Positions 31,867 to 41,651 are shown, counted from the stretch's first letter. The stretch is DNA of 64,000 nt from an uncultured Planctomycetales bacterium (GCA_964535025.1 CAZHRW010000198.1:4300-68299); one strand, 5' to 3'. Numbers and translations are program-made. Notes: generated by a model from the sequence alone, not told the origin.

Positions 31867-33968
31867 GTGTCAAGGCGTTGTTCAATCCGAACTCCGTGGC
31901 GGTGGTGGGCGCCTCGGCCGGTCGAGGCAAGGTGGGCAACGAGGTGCTGCGCAGCCTGATCCGGGGCGGGTTCGACGGGCCCATCTACCCGGTCAACCCC
32001 AAGGGCGGCGAGGTGGAAGGCCTGACGTGCTACGTCGATCTGGCCGCGATCGGCGAAACGCCCGACCTGGTCGTGATCGTCGTGCCCGCCAAGGCCGTGC
32101 CGGAGGTGATGCGACAGTGTGCGTCCCTGAAGGTCACCTCCGTCGTGGTCCTCTCGGCGGGCTTCCGCGAGTCCGGCCGCGAAGGCGAGCAGCTCGAGCG
32201 GGAGATCGTCCAGATCGCCCGCCGGGCCGGCATCCGCATGGTGGGGCCCAACTGCGTGGGCCTGATGTCCGTGCACAACAAGCTCAACGCCTCCTTCGGG
32301 GGCGACCTGCCCGTGCCCGGCTCGATCGGCTACTTCTCCCAGTCCGGCTCCCTGCTGGCGGCGATCCTGGACATGGCCAACGCCGGCGGCGTGGGGTTCA
32401 GCAAGCTGATCAGCATCGGCAACAAGGCCGACGTCGACGAGCTGGACGTGCTGAAGGCGTTCGCCGAGGACGAGCAGACCAAGGTCATCGCCGGCTACCT
32501 CGAAACGATCGCCGACGGCGACGCCTTCATGCGCGAGGCCGAGGCCGTCAGCCGTCACAAGCCCATCCTGTTGATGAAGGCCGGCGAGACCGGCTCGGGC
32601 ACCGTGGCCGCCAGCAGCCACACCGGGTCGCTGGTGTCGCGTCAGGCGGCGTTCGAGAGCATTTTCGCCCGCGCGGGGATCGTGCGCTGCCAGTCGATCA
32701 AGGCCCAGTTCGACTACGCCTGCGCCCTGGCCAGCCAGCCGCTGCCGGCGGGCAAGCGCGTGGCGGTCGTCGCCAACGCCGGGGGCGCCGGGATCATGGC
32801 GGTCGACGCCATCGAGCGCGAGGGGCTGGAACTGGCGCCGCTGACCGACGCGACCCGGTCGCGCCTCGCCGAGAGCCTGCCGCCCTCGGCGAACGTGAAC
32901 AACCCCGTCGACGTCCTCGGCGACGCCCTGGCCGACCGCTACCAGGTGGCCGTCGAGGCGGTGATGGAGGACCCCCATGTCGACGTTGTTCTGACGTTGT
33001 TGACGCCCCACGCGATGACCGAGTGCGCGCCGACGGCGCGGATGGTCGTCGAGGCGGCGGCGCGGACGGACAAGCCGGTGCTGGCGTGTTTCCTCGGCGC
33101 CCGGCGGATGGCCGAGGCGGTCGACGTGCTCCGCGCGGGGGGCGTGCCCCGCTACGACTCCCCCGAGGCCGCCGTCGCCACGATCGCGGCGATGGCCAAC
33201 TACGCGACGTTCCTCAAGCGGCCCGAACGGGTCGTGCGGCTGTTCCCGGTCAACCGCCGCAAGGTCGAGACGATCATCGATCGCCACCTCCAGCGCGACG
33301 CGCTGGAGATCGGCGAGATGGAGGCCCAGGAGATCCTCCAGGCCTACGGATTCGTCACGCCCCGCGGGGCGGTGGCCACCTCGCCCGAGCAGGCCGTCAA
33401 CATCGCCCGGCAGATCGGCTACCCCGTCGTGCTGAAGATCTGGTCGCCCGATATCCTCCACAAGACCGACGTCGGGGGCGTACGGCTCGGGCTCAACAGC
33501 GACGACGACGTCATGGACGCGTTCGACCTGATGATGTACCGCATCCCCCGCAAGCGTCCCGACGCCGACATCCTCGGCGTCCTGGTCCAGCAGATGGTCT
33601 CGGGGGGCACCGAGGTCATTCTCGGCATGCACCGCGACGAACGCTTCGGCCCGCTGATGATGTTCGGCATGGGCGGGAGGATGGTCGAGGTGCTCAAGGA
33701 CGTGGCGTTCTACCTTGCCCCCATTACCGCCGAGGAGGCCAAGCAGATGCTCCTGAGCACCCAGACCTACCAGTTGCTCACCGGCGGCGGCGGGCGGGAG
33801 GGCGTGGACCTCGACGCCCTCGCCGAGGGTCTGCAGCGGCTCAGCCAGTTGGTCACCGAATTCCCCCAGATTCAGGAAATGGACATCAACCCCTACGTCG
33901 CCGGCCCCGAGGGCACTTCCCCGATCGCCGTCGACGCCTTTATCCGTCTGCGCAACAACGCGGACTGA
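31863..33968 (+). CDS. acetate--CoA ligase (ADP-forming) family protein: fused alpha (CoA-binding, succinyl-CoA-synthetase-like) and beta (ATP-grasp) domains, 701 aa
   Basis: SVAVVGAS..GKVG CoA-binding N-terminus, ligase-CoA domain, C-terminal ATP-grasp. Start overlaps the acuC stop (ATGA). Confidence 0.85.
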   Translation: MSVKALFNPNSVAVVGASAGRGKVGNEVLRSLIRGGFDGPIYPVNPKGGEVEGLTCYVDLAAIGETPDLVVIVVPAKAVPEVMRQCASLKVTSVVVLSAGFRESGREGEQLEREIVQIARRAGIRMVGPNCVGLMSVHNKLNASFGGDLPVPGSIGYFSQSGSLLAAILDMANAGGVGFSKLISIGNKADVDELDVLKAFAEDEQTKVIAGYLETIADGDAFMREAEAVSRHKPILLMKAGETGSGTVAASSHTGSLVSRQAAFESIFARAGIVRCQSIKAQFDYACALASQPLPAGKRVAVVANAGGAGIMAVDAIEREGLELAPLTDATRSRLAESLPPSANVNNPVDVLGDALADRYQVAVEAVMEDPHVDVVLTLLTPHAMTECAPTARMVVEAAARTDKPVLACFLGARRMAEAVDVLRAGGVPRYDSPEAAVATIAAMANYATFLKRPERVVRLFPVNRRKVETIIDRHLQRDALEIGEMEAQEILQAYGFVTPRGAVATSPEQAVNIARQIGYPVVLKIWSPDILHKTDVGGVRLGLNSDDDVMDAFDLMMYRIPRKRPDADILGVLVQQMVSGGTEVILGMHRDERFGPLMMFGMGGRMVEVLKDVAFYLAPITAEEAKQMLLSTQTYQLLTGGGGREGVDLDALAEGLQRLSQLVTEFPQIQEMDINPYVAGPEGTSPIAVDAFIRLRNNAD

Positions 33969-34011
33969 CAGGGGCGCCTCCCGGTGCAATAATACCCGGG
34001 AGGCCGCCACC

Positions 34012-35889
34012 ATGACACGGGCAGATATCATGCAGCAGTTCGACTGGAAAACCAAGTACGCCAAGCGAATCCGCAACGCCGTCAGCGCGATGAAACTCAT
34101 CCAGGCCGGCGACTCGATCTTCATCGGCACCGGGTGCGGCCAGCCGCAACATCTGGTCGACGCCCTGGTGACCCATTCCGGCCACATCGCCGACGCCCAC
34201 GTCATCCACCTGCTGACCATGGGCGCGGCCCCCTACGCCGACGAGAAGTTCCGCGACAAGTTCAAGATGAACAGCTTCTTCGTCGCCGCCAACGTCCGCG
34301 AGGCCCTCGAGCGCGGGGTCGGCGACTACACCCCGATCTTCCTTTCGGAGATCCCCAACGAGTTCGAATCCGGGCGGATCCCCATCGACGTCGCCCTCGT
34401 CACCGTCACGCCCCCCGACGTCAACGGGCTGTGCAGCCTCGGGGTCTCCGTCGACATCGTCAAGTCCGCCGCCGCCAACGCCAAGCGGGTCATCGCCCAG
34501 GTCAACACCCGCATGCCCCGGACCCTCGGCGACAGTTTCCTCCACGTCAACAACATCGATGCCCTTGTCCCCCACGACGAGGAACTGATCGAATCGCCCA
34601 ACGCCGAACTCGACGAAACCATGCAGCGGATCGGGCACAACCTCGCACGCCTGGTCGAAGACGGCTCCACCATCGAGTGCGGGATCGGCCGCATCCCCCA
34701 GGCCATGGCCGAGGCACTCAAGGGCAAGAAGGAACTCGGCATCCACACCGAGATGATCGGCGACTGGATCATCAACCTGATCGAGTGCGGCGCGGTCACC
34801 TGCTCCAAGAAAACCATTAACCGCGGCAAGGTCGTCCTGAGCTTCTGCATGGGCACGCGTCGGCTCTACGACTACATCGACAACAACCCGTTCTTCGAGT
34901 TCCACCCCACCGAGTACGTCAACGACCCGTTCGTGATCAGCCAGCACGACAAGATGGTCGCCATCAACGTGGGGCTCGAAGTGGATCTGACCGGCCAGGT
35001 GTGCGCCGATTCGCTGGGCTACAAGATCTACTCCGGCATCGGCGGCCAGGTCGACTTCATCCGCGGCGCCGCGCGGAGCCGCGGCGGCAAGCCCATCATC
35101 GCCATGCAGTCGACGGCCCGCGACGGGACCGTCTCGCGCATCGTGCCCCACCTGACCGAGGGCGCCGGCGTGGTCACCACCCGCGGGGACGTCCACTACG
35201 TCGTCACCGAGTACGGCATCGCGTACCTGCACGGCAAGTCCATCCGTCAGCGGGCGCTGTCGCTGATCAATATCGCCCACCCCAAGTTCCGCAACGGGTT
35301 GATCCAGGCCGCCAAACGCCAGAAGTACCTCTACGAGGACCAGATCGAGCTGGACTGGGAGGAACTGACCTACCCGGAGGAGCTGGAGCATTACGAGACG
35401 CTCCGCGACGGGACGCAGATCTTCTTCCGCCCCGTCAAGCCCACCGACGAACCGGCCCTGGCCGAGATGCTCTACTCGCTCAGCCGCGAATCGGTCCGCA
35501 CGCGGTACTTCACCGCCACCATGACCTTCCCCCACAAGGATGTCCAGCGGCTGACCAACATCGACTACCAGCAGGACCTCGCCATCGTCGGCTGCGTGCC
35601 GAGTCCGGCCGGGGAGGAGATCGTCGCCATCAGCCAGTACTTCCTCGACCCCAAGACCGGCGTCGCCGAGGTCGCCTTCATCGTTCAGGACGAGTGGCAG
35701 CAGCGCGGCATGGGCAGTTTCCTGCTGAGCTACATCACCCAGATTGCCCGCCAGCGCGGGGTCAAACGCTTCTTCGCCAAGGTCCTGCCGTCCAACAAGG
35801 CCATGCTCAACATCTTCCATAACAGCGGCTACCCCGTCCATACGGAGTTCGACGGGGAGGCGTATTCGATCTACTACGACATCAACTGA
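34012..35889 (+). CDS. acetyl-CoA hydrolase/transferase-family domain fused to a C-terminal GNAT N-acetyltransferase domain
   Basis: N-terminal ~430 aa acetyl-CoA hydrolase / 4-hydroxybutyrate-CoA-transferase-like. C-terminal ~170 aa GNAT fold (VAEVAFIVQDEWQQRGMGSFLL, RFFAKVLPSNKAML). GGGAGG ribosome-binding site. Confidence 0.85.
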   Translation: MTRADIMQQFDWKTKYAKRIRNAVSAMKLIQAGDSIFIGTGCGQPQHLVDALVTHSGHIADAHVIHLLTMGAAPYADEKFRDKFKMNSFFVAANVREALERGVGDYTPIFLSEIPNEFESGRIPIDVALVTVTPPDVNGLCSLGVSVDIVKSAAANAKRVIAQVNTRMPRTLGDSFLHVNNIDALVPHDEELIESPNAELDETMQRIGHNLARLVEDGSTIECGIGRIPQAMAEALKGKKELGIHTEMIGDWIINLIECGAVTCSKKTINRGKVVLSFCMGTRRLYDYIDNNPFFEFHPTEYVNDPFVISQHDKMVAINVGLEVDLTGQVCADSLGYKIYSGIGGQVDFIRGAARSRGGKPIIAMQSTARDGTVSRIVPHLTEGAGVVTTRGDVHYVVTEYGIAYLHGKSIRQRALSLINIAHPKFRNGLIQAAKRQKYLYEDQIELDWEELTYPEELEHYETLRDGTQIFFRPVKPTDEPALAEMLYSLSRESVRTRYFTATMTFPHKDVQRLTNIDYQQDLAIVGCVPSPAGEEIVAISQYFLDPKTGVAEVAFIVQDEWQQRGMGSFLLSYITQIARQRGVKRFFAKVLPSNKAMLNIFHNSGYPVHTEFDGEAYSIYYDIN

Positions 35890-35966
35890 TCCGCCGCCGG
35901 CACGGCCGCCGACGGGCCCGAGGCGCAAACCAGGTGTCTTGTAGGGTCGCGGGCCGGAGCGTCGGT

Positions 35967-37376
35967 TCACCCCTTGTAGTCCTCCTTGCGGAGGGCGTGG
36001 CGTTTCATCTTCTCGTAGAGTGTCCGGGTCTCGATGCCGGCGGCGCGGGCGGTCTGGTCGACGCGGCCGTCGGTGCGGGCCAGCCAGGCGTGGAGGTAGG
36101 CGCGTTCGAGTGCGTCGGTGATCTCGCGGCGGATCTCCCCGAGCGGCCGCTCCAGCCACGCGGCGGGGATGGCGCCGTCGGCCAGGTCCCCCAGGTGCGT
36201 CGGGCCCGTCGTCGTCGCCAGGCCCGGCGGGAGGCAGTCGACGTCGATGAAGCCGTCCTCGCCCAGCAGCAGGGCCCGCTCGAGGATGTTGTGCAGCTCG
36301 CGGATATTGCCCGGCCAGTCGTAGCGGACCAGCGCTTCGCCGGCCGCGTCGCTGATCCGCGCATTGTGCACGCCCAGGCGGGGGGCGACCCGCGCCAGGG
36401 CCCGCTCGATCAGATGCGGCAGGTCGGCGCGCCGTTCCCGCAGCGGCGGGAGGGTGAGCGTAACGACGCTGAGGCGGTAGTACAGGTCCCGCCGGAAGTT
36501 GCCCTCGGCCACCTCCTCGGCCAGGTCCCGGTTGGTCGCGGCGATGACGCGGACATCCACGCGGAGCGACCGCTCGGAGCCGAGCCGCCGGACCTGGTGG
36601 TCGTGGAGGACCCGCAGGAGCTTGACCTGCAGGTGGCGGGGCATCTCGCCGATTTCGTCGAGGAAGATCGTGCCGGCGTGGGCCAGCTCGAAGCAGCCCC
36701 GACGGCCGCGATTGGCGCCGGTGAACGCGCCGGCCTCGTGGCCGAACAGTTCGCTCTCCATCAGCGACTCGGGCAGCCCCCCGCAGTTGATCGCCACGAA
36801 CGGCCCGGCCCGTCGGGGCCCGGCGGCGTGGATCGCCCGGGCGAGGTGCTCCTTGCCCACGCCCGTCTCGCCCTGGATCAGCACCGCGCTGCCGGTCCGG
36901 GCGACGCGGTCGGCCATGTGCAGCAGCGACTGCATCGACGGGACCACCGATTGGAAGTCCGACAACAGGGGCGGCTGGGTCGGCGCCTCGGCGTCGTAGC
37001 CCCGCTGTCGCCGTGCGATTTCCGCCTGAATCGCCCCGGCGAGGACCTCGTCGCGCAGGCCCGTGTAGAGGATCCGATCCGCCCCGGCGGCCAGGAAGCC
37101 CGACTGCTCGGCCGCGCGGTCCTCCTCGACCATCAGCACGACCGAGGGGTTTTCCGGCAGGTTTCGCACCAGCGCGATGCTGTCGGCCAGGGTGTCGGCG
37201 ACCGTCGATTCGTGGGCGATCAATACGTCGAAGCTCCGACGGGCCGCCCGCTCCCACAGGTGCTTCTCCCCGCGCAGCAGGTCGACCACCGTGTCCTGAC
37301 GGGGCAGCATCGCCCGGACGCGTCGTCGCAGGTCCGTGTCGGGGATCACCAGCATGATCCGGATCAGCATGGCCAT
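35967..37376 (-). CDS. sigma-54-dependent transcriptional activator (NtrC-family enhancer-binding protein) with N-terminal receiver-like domain
   Basis: AAA+ sigma-54 interaction domain (GETGVGKE, GAFTGA, ESELFGHE) and C-terminal Fis-type HTH. GGAGGTGAA ribosome-binding site. The phospho-acceptor position of the receiver appears to be HES instead of D. Confidence 0.85.
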   Translation of the reverse strand: MAMLIRIMLVIPDTDLRRRVRAMLPRQDTVVDLLRGEKHLWERAARRSFDVLIAHESTVADTLADSIALVRNLPENPSVVLMVEEDRAAEQSGFLAAGADRILYTGLRDEVLAGAIQAEIARRQRGYDAEAPTQPPLLSDFQSVVPSMQSLLHMADRVARTGSAVLIQGETGVGKEHLARAIHAAGPRRAGPFVAINCGGLPESLMESELFGHEAGAFTGANRGRRGCFELAHAGTIFLDEIGEMPRHLQVKLLRVLHDHQVRRLGSERSLRVDVRVIAATNRDLAEEVAEGNFRRDLYYRLSVVTLTLPPLRERRADLPHLIERALARVAPRLGVHNARISDAAGEALVRYDWPGNIRELHNILERALLLGEDGFIDVDCLPPGLATTTGPTHLGDLADGAIPAAWLERPLGEIRREITDALERAYLHAWLARTDGRVDQTARAAGIETRTLYEKMKRHALRKEDYKG

Positions 37377-37538
37377 TCACCTCCGCCACATGATAGGAAG
37401 TGTAATTCCGATTGTTTCGGAAGCAAGCAACATTTTTCCAAGGAAAAGCCTTCCGGCGCGGGATGGGCTCCCGGAGGAAGCTGTTTACAAATGCATGTGA
37501 AATAGTCGGTTAGAAAAACATATGATCAGGAACTCCCC

Positions 37539-37553
37539 TGGCACACCCTTTGC
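37539..37553 (+). promoter_or_regulatory. sigma-54 (-24/-12) promoter TGGCACacccTTTGC upstream of rubredoxin
   Basis: Exact TGGCAC-N5-TTGC, about 75 nt upstream of the rubredoxin ATG, in the intergenic region shared with the divergent sigma-54 activator gene. Confidence 0.5.
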
Positions 37554-37626
37554 CTCTCTTGGCGCGGCAGCGCCGCGGTGAGGACCGCGGCCACACGGTC
37601 CGGATGCTACGGAGAAAGGAAGCGCC

Positions 37627-37854
37627 ATGGACGTGTATGCGTGCGACGTTTGCGGGTATTACTACGACCCGGAGTACGGCGACGAGGAGAACAACATCAA
37701 GGCGGGGACGGCCTTCGGGAAGCTGCCCAAGAGCTGGACGTGCCCCGAGTGCGGCGCCGACAAGAGCGAGTTCTACCGTCTCGATCCCGACGACTGGGAG
37801 TACGACGACGACAAAGAAGAGGACGAGGACGAGGACGATTTCGAAGACTCATAG
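37627..37854 (+). CDS. rubredoxin with acidic C-terminal tail
   Basis: CDVCGYYYDPEYGD ... WTCPECGADKSEF (two C..CG knuckles). GGAGAAAGGAAG ribosome-binding site. Tail DDWEYDDDKEEDEDEDDFEDS. Confidence 0.9.
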   Translation: MDVYACDVCGYYYDPEYGDEENNIKAGTAFGKLPKSWTCPECGADKSEFYRLDPDDWEYDDDKEEDEDEDDFEDS

Positions 37855-37866
37855 CCTTTGACGCCG

Positions 37867-37913
37867 ACACACGACGTCCGCCACCGGCCCCCATCTGGGG
37901 GCCGGTGTCGTGT
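37867..37913 (+). terminator. stem-loop after rubredoxin (GC-rich, no U-tract)
   Basis: CACCGGCCCCCatctGGGGGCCGGTG perfect 11-bp stem, extended by ACACGA/TCGTGT. Confidence 0.45.
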
Positions 37914-37973
37914 AGGCAAGGGGAGCTCCCGCCAGTATAATGCCCGCTCCTGAGTGAATACACCGGAGTGCGG

Positions 37974-38636
37974 ATGATCATCACCATCGACGGACCGGCC
38001 GGCAGCGGCAAGAGCACCGTCGCCCGAGGTCTGGCCGGACGGCTGGGTCTGGCCTATCTCGACACCGGGGCGATGTACCGGGCCGTGACCCTGCGCGCCC
38101 TGCGGGGCGGAGTCGACCTCACCGACGCCGACGCCCTCACCCGCTGCGCCGCCGAGGCGGACCTGGCCCTGGAGGCCGACGGGGGCCGGCTGCGGGTGAT
38201 GCTCGACGGGCGGGACGTCTCCGAGGCGATCCGGTCGATCGAGGTCACCGAAGCCAGCGGCTACCTTGCTTCGGCGCCCGGCGTGCGGGAGGTGCTGGTG
38301 GCGCTCCAGCGGCGCGTGGCCGGCCAATTGGACGGCGTGGTCACCGAGGGGCGCGACCAGGGGTCGGTGGTCTTCCCCGACGCGACGGTGAAGGTCTTCC
38401 TCGTTGCCGACGCGGCCGTCCGCGCCCGCCGGCGCTATGACGAGCTGCGTGCCAAGGGCGAAACCGTCGATTACGACGGGATTTACAGTGCGATAGTCGC
38501 CCGCGACCACCGCGACGCCGCCCGCGACATCGGGCCGCTGGTCAAGCCCGCCGGCGCGATCGAGGTCGACACGACCGACCTGACGGTCGAGCAGGTGATC
38601 GACGTCCTCGCCCGCCACGTGGAGGCGGCGCGATGA
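37974..38636 (+). CDS. cmk: cytidylate kinase
   Basis: IITIDGPAGSGKST P-loop and GAMYRAVT motif. TATAAT hexamer at 37936-37941 upstream. Confidence 0.85.
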   Translation: MIITIDGPAGSGKSTVARGLAGRLGLAYLDTGAMYRAVTLRALRGGVDLTDADALTRCAAEADLALEADGGRLRVMLDGRDVSEAIRSIEVTEASGYLASAPGVREVLVALQRRVAGQLDGVVTEGRDQGSVVFPDATVKVFLVADAAVRARRRYDELRAKGETVDYDGIYSAIVARDHRDAARDIGPLVKPAGAIEVDTTDLTVEQVIDVLARHVEAAR

Positions 38637-39343
38637 CGGCCCGCCCGCTGGCCAGCCACGTCAACCCCGCCCTGGCGCACTACCGCCTGCCGGCCGGGAC
38701 GCCCGCGCCGAGCCTGTGGTACCGGGCCAATCGCCGGCTGCTCCGGGCGTGGGTGCCGCTGGTGTGGCGGATGCGGGGGTTCAACCGCCACTACGAGCCG
38801 TCCGCCGGCGGGGCGGTGTACATGTGTAACCATCAGAGCTTCATGGACCCGGTGCTCATGTCGCTGGCCCTGCAGCGCCCGATGAACTACATGGCACGCG
38901 ACTCGCTGTTCCGCCACCGGCTGTTCCGACTGTTGATCGAGTCGCTCAACGCCTTTCCCGTCCGTCGGGGCACGGCCGACACCGCGGCGCTGAAGGAGGC
39001 GCTGCGGCGGGTGAGGCGCGGCGAGCAGGTGGTGCTGTTCCCCGAGGGCACCCGCACCCGCGACGGGCGGATCGGGCCGTTCCTGCCCGGTGTCGCCTTT
39101 GTCGCTCAGCGGACCGGGGCGATCACCGTGCCGGTCGTCATCGACGGGGCGTACGAGTGCTGGCCCCGCACCCGCCGGCTGCCCCGGCGGGGGGAGATCA
39201 TCGTGCGCTACGGACGACCCTACCGCCCCGAGGAGGCGCGGGCGATGAGCGCGGAGGCCTTTGTCGCCCGGGTCCGGGCCGATATGATCGCCATTCAGGC
39301 CGACATCCGCCGCCGGGTGGGACGCCCGCCATTGGTGTATTAG
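38633..39343 (+). CDS. plsC: 1-acyl-sn-glycerol-3-phosphate acyltransferase
   Basis: HxxxxD acyltransferase motif (NHQSFMD) and FPEGTR motif. Overlaps the cmk stop (ATGA). Confidence 0.8.
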   Translation: MTARPLASHVNPALAHYRLPAGTPAPSLWYRANRRLLRAWVPLVWRMRGFNRHYEPSAGGAVYMCNHQSFMDPVLMSLALQRPMNYMARDSLFRHRLFRLLIESLNAFPVRRGTADTAALKEALRRVRRGEQVVLFPEGTRTRDGRIGPFLPGVAFVAQRTGAITVPVVIDGAYECWPRTRRLPRRGEIIVRYGRPYRPEEARAMSAEAFVARVRADMIAIQADIRRRVGRPPLVY

Positions 39344-39438
39344 GCCGTTTGCCGATGCTCCCTGCGCCGTGAACGTTGACCGACACGGCGGAAATTCGAA
39401 CGGTTTGATCGACTGATTGGATAAACGAGAGTGGAGCG

Positions 39439-40278
39439 ATGGAGGTAAGACTGGCCACCAAGAGCGGGTTCTGTCACGGCGTTGAGAACGCCATCGACCA
39501 GGCCGCGCGCGTGCTGGAAGAAGGTCGTCCGGGGGCGATCTACAGCCTCGGCGAGGTCATCCACAATCGCCAGGTCGTCGATCGCCTCGCCGAAGGCGGG
39601 CTGAAGGTGCTCGATCGCCCCGAGGATGCCTCGCCGGGCGACACGGTGCTGATCCGCAGCCACGGCGCGCCGCCGGAGGTCATCGAGACCCTCCGCCGGC
39701 GCGGCGCGCACATCGTCGATGCCACCTGCGTGCTGGTGACGCGGGCACAGGATATCGTTCGCGAGCTGGACCGCGAGGGCTACCAGGTCGTCGTGATCGG
39801 CGATGAGAACCACCCCGAGGTCCGCGGCGTGGTCGGGTACGGGCACAACGTCATCTGCGTCGATTCGCCCGAGCAGCTCGACCGCCTGCCCGATGGGGGC
39901 AGGCTGGGGATCATCTCCCAGACGACCCATTCGCCCGAGCGGTTCGGCGAGATGGTCGGCCGGATCGCCGCTCGGGGCTACGCGGAGCTGAAGGTGATCA
40001 ATACCCTGTGCCTGGAGACTCGCCGCCGCCAGGCCGCCGCGGTGGAACTGGCCCGGCAGGTCGACGTGATGTTCGTCCTGGGCGGACGGCAGTCCGCGAA
40101 CACCCGCCAGTTGGCCCGGCTGTGTGAGAACGCCGGCGTCAGGACCTACCATTTGGAGAGCTGGGACGATTTCCGTCCCGCCATGGTCGCCGGCGCCACC
40201 ATCGCCGGCGTGACGGCCGGGGCGTCGACGCCGGAGTGGATCATCCAGGAGTTTGTCGACCGTCTCCAGGAGGCATGA
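39439..40278 (+). CDS. ispH: 4-hydroxy-3-methylbut-2-enyl diphosphate reductase
   Basis: GFCHGVENAI, ISQTTHS, GGRQSANT IspH/LytB motifs. Confidence 0.9.
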   Translation: MEVRLATKSGFCHGVENAIDQAARVLEEGRPGAIYSLGEVIHNRQVVDRLAEGGLKVLDRPEDASPGDTVLIRSHGAPPEVIETLRRRGAHIVDATCVLVTRAQDIVRELDREGYQVVVIGDENHPEVRGVVGYGHNVICVDSPEQLDRLPDGGRLGIISQTTHSPERFGEMVGRIAARGYAELKVINTLCLETRRRQAAAVELARQVDVMFVLGGRQSANTRQLARLCENAGVRTYHLESWDDFRPAMVAGATIAGVTAGASTPEWIIQEFVDRLQEA

Positions 40279-40285
40279 GACCGCC

Positions 40286-40624
40286 ATGACCGCGTCAGCC
40301 GAGCAGTTCATCTGCGAACCGTTGACCCCCGTGGCCGGCACGGGTGACGCCGCGGCGATGGCCACCGGCGCGCCGGGCCTGCCGGCGCGGTTCATCTGGC
40401 GGGGGACGGAATACCGCGTCGTCGGCGTGGTCCAGGCGTGGAAGTCCACCGGGTCCTGCCGTCACGGCTCCGGCGAGGTCTATCTCCGCCGCCACTGGTA
40501 TACGATCGTCACCGACCCCCCGGCCGAGATGACCGTCTACTGCGATCGCCAGGCGCGCGACCGCCGCCACCGCAAGGCCCGCTGGTGGGTGTATACCGTC
40601 GCGGAGGGCCCTGCGCGGCAGTGA
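40286..40624 (+). CDS. hypothetical protein (112 aa)
   Basis: AGGAGG ribosome-binding site 13 nt upstream of the ATG at 40286. No recognisable domain. Trp/Tyr/Arg-rich C-terminus. Confidence 0.4.
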   Translation: MTASAEQFICEPLTPVAGTGDAAAMATGAPGLPARFIWRGTEYRVVGVVQAWKSTGSCRHGSGEVYLRRHWYTIVTDPPAEMTVYCDRQARDRRHRKARWWVYTVAEGPARQ

Positions 40625-40712
40625 TGGACCCGCGACGACCTGATCGCACCTCAAGCCGGCCCGCCCGTCGGCCGACGTTCCCTCCGTGCAACCGTGACAG
40701 AGGGGGGACACG

Positions 40713-41318
40713 ATGGCCAGAGAACTGACGGCGGGGCAGTTGCGCAACAGCGGCGACTGGTCGATCGCGATGGGCGGGCTGATCGCGATCTGCGGGCTGG
40801 GGGCGTGGCTGGCGCCGGTGATCGGCGGGGGGGCGAGCGACGCGATCGTCGGCGTCCTGCTCGGCGCCGCCGGCGTCGTGCAGTTGATCCAATCCCAGGA
40901 GATCATCGCCTGGCCGAGCCGGCTGGGGCTGTTTTTCCTGGGCCTGCTGAGCTTGATCTGCGGCGCGCTGCTCATCGCGCAACAGTTGGCGGGGCTGAGG
41001 TTCATGACGGTTCTGCTGGCGGGCTATTTCGTCCTGAGCGGGAGCCTGGCGGCGGTGCTGTCGGTGCGGCTCCGTCGTCTGGCGGGCTGGCCGTGGCTGT
41101 TGGCGGCCGGGGTCGTGACGATGATGCTGGCGGTGCTGATCCTTCTCCAGTGGCCCCTGGCCGGCCGGTGGGCCGTTGGCATCTTCATTGGGATCAACCT
41201 GCTGCTGATCGGATGGGGGTCCGTCCGCATCGGGATCGGCGAGGTGCTGCAGGCGCGGCGGATCGACCGATCGCCCGAAGCGGCCGTCCGCGGGACACGA
41301 CATTTTCCGCCGGCCTGA
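40713..41318 (+). CDS. HdeD-family (DUF308) membrane protein
   Basis: Six predicted TM helices with a pattern typical of HdeD-like acid-resistance membrane proteins. AGAGGGGGG ribosome-binding site. Confidence 0.7.
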   Translation: MARELTAGQLRNSGDWSIAMGGLIAICGLGAWLAPVIGGGASDAIVGVLLGAAGVVQLIQSQEIIAWPSRLGLFFLGLLSLICGALLIAQQLAGLRFMTVLLAGYFVLSGSLAAVLSVRLRRLAGWPWLLAAGVVTMMLAVLILLQWPLAGRWAVGIFIGINLLLIGWGSVRIGIGEVLQARRIDRSPEAAVRGTRHFPPA

Positions 41319-41323
41319 GGCCG

Positions 41324-41411
41324 CCAGTCAACTCGGAGAGGGTGGGATTCGAACCCACGGTACGGATAAACCGTACACGGCACTTCCAATGCCGCTCCTT
41401 CGGCCACTCGG
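41324..41411 (-). tRNA. tRNA-Ser (anticodon GGA)
   Basis: 88-nt cloverleaf read on the minus strand: GGAGAGG acceptor, anticodon loop TTGGAAG, long variable arm, GGTTCGAATCC T-loop. Confidence 0.85.
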
Positions 41412-41651
41412 ACACCTCTCCCGGGTTCGCTCGGGCCTGGGCCCGGCATGTGGGGGATTCTACGGGCGTCGGCGGGAGGGGGCAAGCAAGATTCGCGACG
41501 AGCACTTGTTAGGAGGCGCAGGGTCGTTCACTTGAATGACTTGGGCCCGCGAAGTAAGGTGTACGCCTGGGGCCGGACCGCCGCGGGTGTCGAATCGCTG
41601 CCGCGGCGGCAGGGGCTCCTGTTCACCGGCGTGAACGAGGGCCGAACCGTG

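Noticed and set aside
31743-37389. Long minus-strand ORFs 31743..34220 (825 aa) and 33940..37389 (1149 aa)
   Set aside because: Antisense or off-frame relative to the Acd-like, CoA-transferase-GNAT and sigma-54 activator genes. Gly/Arg/Asp low-complexity. The true activator gene is the in-frame 35967..37376 ORF.
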